The position numbers were made by a program, and so were the translations under genes. Shown here piece by piece: positions 17,681 through 24,971 of a stretch of 64,000 bases of DNA; position 1 is the first letter of the stretch, and the number at the start of each line of letters is the position of its first letter. The notes beneath the pieces were generated by a model. The model ran no database searches. It was not told where the DNA came from and was given only the letters and a program-made list of their open reading frames with translations. This DNA comes from Cytophagales bacterium (GTDB lineage Bacteria > Bacteroidota > Bacteroidia > Cytophagales > Cyclobacteriaceae), in the NCBI GenBank assembly GCA_033344775.1, contig JAWPMT010000002.1, positions 898,685-962,684 on the forward strand, in the 5' to 3' direction.

Positions 17681-20600
17681 TTGAATAGTAGACTGTTTCG
17701 TCGACTCAAAACAACCTTCGAATCAATGGAGATCACATTAAGCGCCTTTCGAAAAGGTATGCTACTGGCACTCATATGTTTAAGCCAACAATTTCTAGCG
17801 ATTGCTACGGATCAAAAGTTGCTGGATAAAGTTGATCAGGAAGTGACAAGATTGATGAGGCGTGGAGATATTCCTGGTTTAAGTCTGGTCATTCACTTCG
17901 GGGATGAGCAAGTGATCCGAACGTATGGATTTGCCGATCTTACAAACCAGGTTCCGGTGAGTGACCAGACACTTTTTCAGCTGGGATCTTGTAGTAAAGC
18001 ATTCACCGGGCTGGCAGTCACTCTGCTCGAACAGCAAGGTAAGATCGATCTCGATGCAAGGGTGGCCCATTACCTGCCGTGGTTTAGGGTGAGATTCGAA
18101 GACTCCATGGTGCAGGTGACTTTACGGCAACTTATGCATCATACGAGTGGGATTCCCTGGGAGACGATCGCAAAAATTCCGGAGAGCAATGATCCCGATG
18201 CCCTGCAACTGACCGTGAAAAAAATCATTGACCAGCAACTTGATGAATTGCCAGGAAAAGAGTTCCAATATGCCACGATCAATTACGACGTGTTGGCGTT
18301 GGTGATACAGGAAGTTACCGGTCAACCCTTTGAGGACTTTGTAAAGGATCATGTCTTGGCACCACTACAGTTGCGAAACACCTCCATTGGTTCTCCAATA
18401 AATGAGACACGTATGTCCAAGGGGTATAAATTAGGTTTTTTTAATGCCAGGGAATACGAAGCTCCGGTTTATAGGGGCAACAACGCCGCTGGATATATGA
18501 TCTCGGATATTCGGGACATTGGACGATGGATGCAGTTGCAACTGGGACTGGTTGAAACCAACCTAAGTGAGGCGATCTTACAAACACATCAACGAGACAG
18601 ATCTGTAGGGCTTCATGGCCAATCTGCTTACGCCAGTGGGTGGAACGTGGCGTTTGATGGTACTGAAGAGGTATATCACGGTGGGATGAATCCGAACTTC
18701 TCCTCTTATTTTGCCTTTCGGTCAGAGGAAAAGATCGCCGTTGGGGTCCTGACCAATGCCAGTAGTAATTACACAGCAGTGCTGGGAGATAGGGTCATGA
18801 AATTGCTGGCTGATGAAGATATTGAACTGGAATTTGATCCGGGCGATGGTAATGACAAGACTTACTCGGGGATAGCGATTGCATTAGCGTTATATGTCCT
18901 GATCGTTTTAGCTTTCCTGATACTGATCATTGTGCAAAGTATCCAGGGGAAAAGACGCGTGAAATGGCCCGCACCCTCGGATTTCGGAGCGTTTGCTAAA
19001 GCCCTGTTATTTATTGCCCCGTTTCTTGGGGGTCTGTATATATTTCCGGGAGCTGTAGTGGGCTTTACCTGGGATGCGATCCTGGTATGGAGTCCCGAAA
19101 GCCTGATGATCATGCTGGGAGTCCTGTTCCTGGCCATAGGATTGTCGATGCTGGTGTATCTGGTGAGTTTGTTTTTATCTGAACCTAATGATTACAAAAG
19201 GAAAGCTCCCCGGATATTATTGATCAGCATCCTCTCCGGTCTTGCCAATGTAGCGGTCATCATTATCGTGACATCTGTGATCAATTCGGATGTTGCCCTC
19301 AAATACCTGATTTTCTACTACGGTCTCGTCATTAGCCTTTACTTATTTGGTCGTCGATTTGTGCAGATCAGCCTCATCAAATTTACCAGGGAACTCGTTT
19401 ATGATCTCAGGATACAGTTGACGAGCAAGATCTTTTCTACTTCCTACGACAAATTCGAACGGATCCATCGGGGTAGGGTGTATACCGCCCTCAATGATGA
19501 TGTTGCTACCATCGGCAATTCAACTTCGCTGTTTGTCAATTTGATCACCAGCTTCATTACCGCATTAGGTGCCTTTATATACCTGGCAGCTATCGCTTTC
19601 TGGGCCACCATGCTCACCATTTTTCTGATCATTACACTTTCCACCATTTATTATTTTGCAGTGCAAAGCACAAATATCTACTTTGAGCAAGCGCGTGATT
19701 CCAGAAATGTATTCATGGGGCTGATCAATGGGATGATCGATGGGTTCAAGGAAATTAGTTTGCACCGGAAGAAAAAGCTTGAATACAAGGATGATCTTGC
19801 CGCAAGTGCCCGGGAATTCAAAGACAAGACCATGACCGCCGATATTCGTTTTGTCAATGCTTTTCTGATAGGAGAATCGCTGCTTGTGATCCTCTTAGGG
19901 GTCGTTTCCATTGGAATGACAGAGATGTTTCCCAATATTCAATTCTTCACCGTCATGAGCTTTGTCATCGTGCTGCTCTATCTGATCGGACCAGTCAATA
20001 GCATTTTAAGTGCAGTTCCGGCGCTGATGAATTTAAGAATATCCTGGAACCGGATTAATCAGTTCATCAGCGAGATCCCCGCGAACCTGGACCTGGATCA
20101 AAAGACGGAGCCTGAATTCGAACAGGTAGAAAGACTGGAAGCAAAAGGGATCACTTATCAGTTTAAGAATGCAGAGGGAAAAGCTGCCGGCTTCCGGGTG
20201 GGTCCAATTGATCTGGAGGTAAACAAAGGGGAGATCTTGTTCATCATCGGTGGGAATGGAAGTGGTAAGACCACCCTTGCCAAATTGTTGCTGGGACTCT
20301 ACTTGCCAGATGAAGGTGAAATAACTGTGAATGATACAGCATTGAAAAATGCGGAGCTCAGCGAATATTACTCGCCTGTATTCACACCTCCCTACCTTTT
20401 CGAAAAGCTCTACAACTGCGATACAACAGGACAGAAAGAGAAAATTGAGCAATATTTGCAGGTATTGGACCTACAGGAAAAAGTGACAATCGAGAACAAC
20501 CAATACAGTACCATCAGGCTTTCGGGCGGTCAAAAAAAGCGCCTGGCCTTGCTCCAATGTTATTTGGAGGATTCACCTATCTATCTCTTCGATGAATGGG

Positions 20601-20797
20601 CGGCAGATCAGGATCCCGAATACCGTAAATTCTTTTACCGTACATTGCTCCCTGAAATGAGAGAGATGGGAAAGATCGTCATTGCGATCACTCATGATGA
20701 TCACTACTTCGATGTGGCGGATAGAGTAATGAAGATGAATCAGGGACATCTCGAGTTATACTCCAAAGGTCAAATTCTGGCACCTTCTGAGTTGTAA
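17681..20797 (+). CDS. Fusion protein: periplasmic S12/beta-lactamase-fold serine peptidase, 3 TM helices, then a cyclic-peptide-type ABC exporter (TMD + NBD)
   Basis: Signal peptide MLLALICLSQQFLAIA. S-x-x-K motif SCSK with the Ser codon at 17987-17989. FQYATINYDVLALVIQEVTG and YHGG motifs of the S12/AmpC-like fold. Hydrophobic helices start from about aa 395. NBD Walker A GGNGSGKTT (about 20249), signature LSGGQKKRLALL, Walker B IYLFDEWAADQD. The track start is a TTG; ATG 17726 (MEITLSAF) is an alternative start. Confidence 0.85.
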   Translation: MNSRLFRRLKTTFESMEITLSAFRKGMLLALICLSQQFLAIATDQKLLDKVDQEVTRLMRRGDIPGLSLVIHFGDEQVIRTYGFADLTNQVPVSDQTLFQLGSCSKAFTGLAVTLLEQQGKIDLDARVAHYLPWFRVRFEDSMVQVTLRQLMHHTSGIPWETIAKIPESNDPDALQLTVKKIIDQQLDELPGKEFQYATINYDVLALVIQEVTGQPFEDFVKDHVLAPLQLRNTSIGSPINETRMSKGYKLGFFNAREYEAPVYRGNNAAGYMISDIRDIGRWMQLQLGLVETNLSEAILQTHQRDRSVGLHGQSAYASGWNVAFDGTEEVYHGGMNPNFSSYFAFRSEEKIAVGVLTNASSNYTAVLGDRVMKLLADEDIELEFDPGDGNDKTYSGIAIALALYVLIVLAFLILIIVQSIQGKRRVKWPAPSDFGAFAKALLFIAPFLGGLYIFPGAVVGFTWDAILVWSPESLMIMLGVLFLAIGLSMLVYLVSLFLSEPNDYKRKAPRILLISILSGLANVAVIIIVTSVINSDVALKYLIFYYGLVISLYLFGRRFVQISLIKFTRELVYDLRIQLTSKIFSTSYDKFERIHRGRVYTALNDDVATIGNSTSLFVNLITSFITALGAFIYLAAIAFWATMLTIFLIITLSTIYYFAVQSTNIYFEQARDSRNVFMGLINGMIDGFKEISLHRKKKLEYKDDLAASAREFKDKTMTADIRFVNAFLIGESLLVILLGVVSIGMTEMFPNIQFFTVMSFVIVLLYLIGPVNSILSAVPALMNLRISWNRINQFISEIPANLDLDQKTEPEFEQVERLEAKGITYQFKNAEGKAAGFRVGPIDLEVNKGEILFIIGGNGSGKTTLAKLLLGLYLPDEGEITVNDTALKNAELSEYYSPVFTPPYLFEKLYNCDTTGQKEKIEQYLQVLDLQEKVTIENNQYSTIRLSGGQKKRLALLQCYLEDSPIYLFDEWAADQDPEYRKFFYRTLLPEMREMGKIVIAITHDDHYFDVADRVMKMNQGHLELYSKGQILAPSEL

Positions 20798-20811
20798 ATC
20801 CCAAATCAGGA

Positions 20812-21624
20812 ATGAATATGTTGAATGATACGGACGATCGGGATCAATCAGCTGAAGAGCAGGTGATTGGGATTGTTGGAGGTATGGGGCCCCAAGCAGG
20901 GATAGAGCTGGCCAATGATATTTTCCGACTTACGGAAGCTAAGAAAGATCAGGAGCATCGATCGGTGATCATGATGTCATATCCCGGGCAGCTAGGAGAC
21001 CGGACTGCTTACATCGAGGGTACTGAGTTGATAAATCCGGCGTTCAATATTGCGAAGGTCATTCAAAAGTTGGAATTGTCGGGAGCAGATGTCGTTGGAA
21101 TCGCTTGCAATAGTTCCCATGTTCCTGCCATCTACAATGTAATACTAGATGAACTGAAAAAGTCATCAAGTCGGGTAAGGCTGCTGAACATGCCCAAAGA
21201 AACTTGTAAACACATCAAGGAACATTTCCCAGAAGCTGCAAAAGTAGGCGTCATGAGTACGAACGGTACTTATAAAGCAGGAGTATATGTGACACTCCTT
21301 GAGCAGGCAGGACTTCAGGCAGTCGTTCCAACATATTCGTTTCAAAATGAAGTGATTCACGACATGGTCTACAATCCCAGTTATGGGATCAAATCCTGTC
21401 CAGAGGGGATCACAGATGAAGTCATCGACTTGTTGGGACGAGCTTTTTCTTTTTTTCAGGAGCAGGGAGTAGATGCAGTCATATTAGGTTGTACAGAAAT
21501 TCCATTGGCCCTGAAGCAATACCCTAAGACAAAACAAATACCCCTGTTGATCAATCCCAGTGAAATATTGGCCAAAGCCCTCATCGCAGCGACAGAAAGG
21601 CGACAACTGGCTCATGGCGAGTAA
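20812..21624 (+). CDS. Asp/Glu/hydantoin-family amino-acid racemase (aspartate-racemase-like)
   Basis: IGIVGGMGPQAG, DQEH, GDRTAYI, and the two catalytic-Cys motifs IACNSSH and LGCTEIPL. It starts 14 nt after the upstream stop. Confidence 0.8.
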   Translation: MNMLNDTDDRDQSAEEQVIGIVGGMGPQAGIELANDIFRLTEAKKDQEHRSVIMMSYPGQLGDRTAYIEGTELINPAFNIAKVIQKLELSGADVVGIACNSSHVPAIYNVILDELKKSSSRVRLLNMPKETCKHIKEHFPEAAKVGVMSTNGTYKAGVYVTLLEQAGLQAVVPTYSFQNEVIHDMVYNPSYGIKSCPEGITDEVIDLLGRAFSFFQEQGVDAVILGCTEIPLALKQYPKTKQIPLLINPSEILAKALIAATERRQLAHGE

Positions 21625-21995
21625 AGATTAACTTGAAGGGGAGGAAGGTTCTTTACGACTGTTCTGTAAACATTAGGTTGATAAGTTCATTTAAGAGGAT
21701 TCGAAGAATTCCATCAGAGTGCTGACAGTAAGCATAGGGTAAACCACGAAAGAAAAGGTCCTTGCTGGCGCGCGTTTTGAACGCGTGGCTTCTATTAATA
21801 TAAATAAGCTCTTGGCCTAGGAAATACAATGCTCTTGTTTAGGACTAAAATTGTGACCAAGAACCGGAATCTTGTTAATTCAGGCTTTTTGACTTTCTAA
21901 GCCAAAATGTTAACGTCTTTTTGTTCTAAAGAGGGGGTTGAAGCCACTCGCCGTAAAATAAAAAAAGATTCTCAGATTTCTCTGAGAGGCTTTTT

Positions 21996-22085
21996 GCGTC
22001 CTACGCGGACCGGAACCGGACGAGACTCGAATCGCACCGGCGACCCGGTCACGACCTCCTGCGTGACAGGCAGGAACATATTGGT
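21996..22085. other. GC-rich structured segment with tRNA-like pieces; identity unresolved
   Basis: It stands out from AT-rich flanks. It is preceded by the hairpin CTCAGA-TTTC-TCTGAG (about 21970-21985) with T/A runs on both sides. On the minus strand it contains CCTGC-CTGTCAC-GCAGG (anticodon-arm-like) and a GCGATTCGAGTCTCG T-loop-like string. On the plus strand it contains ACCGG-CGAC-CCGGT. I could not fold a canonical cloverleaf. Confidence 0.3.
22018..22042 (+). repeat. Left copy of the imperfect direct repeat flanking the integrase gene
   Basis: GGACGA-gactcga-ATCGCACCGGCG. Compare 23490-23515, GGACGA-tcatatgg-ATCGCACCGGCG. Confidence 0.6.
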
Positions 22086-22186
22086 TTGATATGTGTTAAA
22101 TGTCTTTAAAATGGCCAATTGGGAGGTTTATGAATTTGTGAAATACCATATGAAACCATATTTTGCGTGCAAATCGCGTGCACGTC

Positions 22187-23425
22187 ATGAGTACAACACT
22201 AAAATTCGTCCTCGATACCCGAAGAGCTAAAGATAACGGAACCTATCCATTACGACTAAGAATTATGCATAACCGTGTCAATTCTCATATCTCATTGGGC
22301 TATTCTCTTTCAGAGAAAGAATGGGACGGCAAGAATGAGCGTCTTAGATCATCCTCGAAATCTTACGGCAATGTTAGCCGCTTCAATAACGATTTGCAAT
22401 CACGTAAAGCCAAGTATTTCGAGATCATTGGAGAATTGGAACGAGATGGAATTCTAGATAATTTGAGTGCTTCCCAGCTCAAGGGCCACCTAGAGAAGAA
22501 ACCCAAAGGAAACGTGAGTTTTGGTGATTTCATTCAGCAACAATACGAACTGAAGCTGAATGCTAATAAGTCAGGAACTGCTCGAACCTATAAGGATCTG
22601 GCAAACTTCCTAAGAAGATACAATGATGGAAATCTCAATCTCAGTTTTGTCGAGATAGATTACAATTTTCTGGTTCAATTGGAACATCAACATATTGGTA
22701 AAGGGAATCAATACAGTTCACTTTCGGTTTACCTGCGAACCCTTCGTTCGCTTTACAATGAAGCCATTAAAATGGGCTTGGTGAATGAGAAACATTATCC
22801 GTTTACGAAATACAAAATCAAAGAAGGACAACCCAGAAGAAGTGCTTTGACCAAGAAGAATTTTCAGCTAGTAAAAAAGGCTGAGTTTAAACAGGGGAGT
22901 GCCAAGCAGATTGGAAGAGATTTCTACCTGGCCAGCTTCTACTTACACGGCATGAACTGGATGGACATGTGTTTGCTGAGATATGAGAACCTATCTGATG
23001 ATCTAAATCGGTTGCAATATGTTAGGAAGAAAACTGGTAAGCCATTTAATCTCAAAGTATCGGAGCCTCTTATTGATGCCATAAACTCATTGAAAACCTT
23101 CGATGCTTCCAATCGAAAGGACTTCATTTTTCCCGTCTTAAAGCTCGAAGATGATCCTGAGAAGTATGTCACTAAAATCAACAACCGCAGGCTTAAAATC
23201 AATAAGTATCTGAAAATGGTTGCCCAAGACCTGGATATTTCAAGCTTCTCCATCTATTCCGCTCGACATACTTATGCTACGATGTTATGGGAAAATTCTG
23301 GATCTGCTGCAGTCACTCAACGCAGCCTGGGCCACAAGACCGAGGAGCAGACGCAGGAGTATCTTTCTTACTTTGGGAATGATAAAGTGGACAGTGCTTC
23401 GGATGATTTGTTTGAGATACTTTAG
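22187..23425 (+). CDS. Tyrosine site-specific integrase (Bacteroidota Arm-domain / SAM-like / catalytic core type)
   Basis: The N-terminus TLKFVLDTRRAKDNGTYPLRLRIMHNRV is typical of the Bacteroidota Arm DNA-binding domain. C-terminal YSARHTYATML ... LGHKTEEQTQEYL carries the R-H-R-Y-type catalytic motifs. The track start at 22163 is a TTG; ATG 22187 is the likelier start. Confidence 0.85.
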   Translation: MSTTLKFVLDTRRAKDNGTYPLRLRIMHNRVNSHISLGYSLSEKEWDGKNERLRSSSKSYGNVSRFNNDLQSRKAKYFEIIGELERDGILDNLSASQLKGHLEKKPKGNVSFGDFIQQQYELKLNANKSGTARTYKDLANFLRRYNDGNLNLSFVEIDYNFLVQLEHQHIGKGNQYSSLSVYLRTLRSLYNEAIKMGLVNEKHYPFTKYKIKEGQPRRSALTKKNFQLVKKAEFKQGSAKQIGRDFYLASFYLHGMNWMDMCLLRYENLSDDLNRLQYVRKKTGKPFNLKVSEPLIDAINSLKTFDASNRKDFIFPVLKLEDDPEKYVTKINNRRLKINKYLKMVAQDLDISSFSIYSARHTYATMLWENSGSAAVTQRSLGHKTEEQTQEYLSYFGNDKVDSASDDLFEIL

Positions 23426-23489
23426 TCCAGGACTGCTTTCAAATTCACCAAATTTCGATGTTGTTAACCTTCTACCCCCGTAGGCGCTG

Positions 23490-23515
23490 GGACGATCATA
23501 TGGATCGCACCGGCG
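23490..23515 (+). repeat. Right copy of the imperfect direct repeat flanking the integrase gene
   Basis: It shares the 6-nt and 12-nt arms with 22018-42. It lies 65 nt after the integrase stop. Confidence 0.6.
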
Positions 23516-23606
23516 TTGCCAACGAAATCCAGGTTTGTAATAGGACCACCTAAACACCGGCCCGTTCTCAAATCTACCGCTTCAGTAGCATTCATATTTT
23601 CTGATA

Positions 23607-23650
23607 TATCATTTGATATATATTTAAATAAATTATTATCATTTGATATA
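23607..23650 (+). promoter_or_regulatory. Two perfect copies of a 14-bp palindromic box, TATCATTTGATATA, 30 bp apart; candidate operator
   Basis: Copies at 23607-23620 and 23637-23650. Each contains the inverted repeat TATCA-tt-TGATA. The second copy ends 15 nt before ATG 23666. Confidence 0.4.
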
Positions 23651-23665
23651 ATCTAATTGATTAAT

Positions 23666-24298
23666 ATGAAGTCTTCAACGGCCTCTTTGATAGTTTCTAT
23701 TTGGTGTCTGTTTATACTTTTTAAGGTCGAGGGACAAGGTCGCCCGGACACAGTGAAACTTAGGAATAATTACAACACCTTAAAAAATCTATTGAGTACA
23801 GATAGCGCCAATCTTGATTTATTACTTGATTTGGCGCAGACATCCAGAAAATTGAGCAATGCCGACGAGGCTTTACTATACCTTAATCAAATAAAGGATC
23901 TCGATTCACTTCATTTGGAGGCCAGGAGTTTGGAAGCTTACGTGCTTAGAGACCAGGGTGAACTTCAAAAATCTTTTGACCTATGGCTTAGGGTCGGAGA
24001 GGAGATCAACCAGTTGCCAAATGCGGAGAGAATTCATTACGATCTGGCCTTACTTGCCATGAAACTGGAACGCTATGAGGTAGGAATATCTTCATTAGAA
24101 AAAGCTATCGCACTAGATGATACAAAAGCCAATTATTTTCTTAACCTTGGGGTTTGTCGAGCCAGGTCAAAACGCCTGAAGGAAGGTTGTTCGGATTGGA
24201 AAAGAGCGCATGAGCTCGGTGCTACACAAGCTGAAGCGCTGATACGAAAATATTGTCCGGTTACCTGCAAGGAGTTATTCACAAATTGTGAAGATTAG
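23666..24298 (+). CDS. Secreted TPR-repeat protein
   Basis: Signal peptide MKSSTASLIVSIWCLFILFKVEG, followed by TPR-like 34-aa helical repeats (AEALLYLNQIKDLD, YDLALLAMKLERYEVGISSLEKAIALD, ANYFLNLGVC). ATG 23666 is in frame with the track TTG at 23657. Confidence 0.6.
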   Translation: MKSSTASLIVSIWCLFILFKVEGQGRPDTVKLRNNYNTLKNLLSTDSANLDLLLDLAQTSRKLSNADEALLYLNQIKDLDSLHLEARSLEAYVLRDQGELQKSFDLWLRVGEEINQLPNAERIHYDLALLAMKLERYEVGISSLEKAIALDDTKANYFLNLGVCRARSKRLKEGCSDWKRAHELGATQAEALIRKYCPVTCKELFTNCED

Positions 24299-24531
24299 AT
24301 TACATTTCCGCGATACGAAATGAATCAATCCTCTTCAATCAACATTTTACAGTTTTAGAAAGAAGTCCAGCAATTTTTTGCGTAATTAAAGTAAATTATT
24401 TGAATCAATGCATAATAATTTATCATCAACTTTATCGATTGGACAGTCGATGATAATAACTCCATCTACACCATTTTTCTTCAATCGGTCATAAGTTTTA
24501 ATGGTAGGTCAAGTCAATGAAAAATTAGTCG

Positions 24532-24702
24532 TCATGAGTTGTCAATTCTTTTCTTCAATTTCCTGAAGGCTTGATCTGGATCAAATCTTTTAGTAGGGGC
24601 TTCTTCCGAATCCGATGCCAATGGCTGTGTCAGGTCTTTTGCATCCATTGCCTGATCTTCGGACTTTTCACCGGACGCTTTTCGACTTTTTTTCTTTGAC
24701 AT
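24532..24702 (-). CDS. Small, highly charged hypothetical protein (56 aa from MSKKKSRK...)
   Basis: Supported by the ORF only. The composition is low-complexity Lys/Ser/Asp/Glu-rich. Its 5' end is partly duplicated at 29738-29792. Confidence 0.25.
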   Translation of the reverse strand: MSKKKSRKASGEKSEDQAMDAKDLTQPLASDSEEAPTKRFDPDQAFRKLKKRIDNS

Positions 24703-24971
24703 AAATAATGAAGGCTTTGGCGAGGCTTCCAAACAATGGATAGACAATGACCACCGTTCTATCTAACCAATAGCAAGTTAGGAATAATTTCCATTTACCC
24801 CTAGAGGGAGGAGGCTGGATCATCATTCAGTGCAAAAAATCACGTTTGTTGTCAGGTTGCTGCAGGGGTAGAATCATCGGTTCTCCAAACGGATGTCGGA
24901 GGGCGAAATGGCAATATGCTATCGCAATATTTGCAAGTTGGAACACAAAATAGGAGGATATCCAAATGCAT

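Noticed and set aside
21996-22085. A tRNA (or tmRNA 3' end) as the integration target next to the integrase
   Set aside because: The minus strand has an anticodon-arm-like hairpin (CCTGC-CTGTCAC-GCAGG, which would read GUC) and a TTCGAGT string. The 5' side is AT-rich with no D-arm. The distance to the 3' end is too long for a class I tRNA. The putative T stem pairs only as 4 bp around an 8-nt loop, and there is no acceptor complementarity. I kept it as an unresolved structured segment and did not call a tRNA.
24330-24510. Minus-strand peptide ..TIKTYDRLKKNGVDGVIIIDCPIDKVDDKLL.. resembling a TIM-barrel enzyme fragment
   Set aside because: It has no start codon, there is a stop immediately upstream in frame, and it is under 45 aa. 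At most it is a gene relic, and it cannot be assigned.
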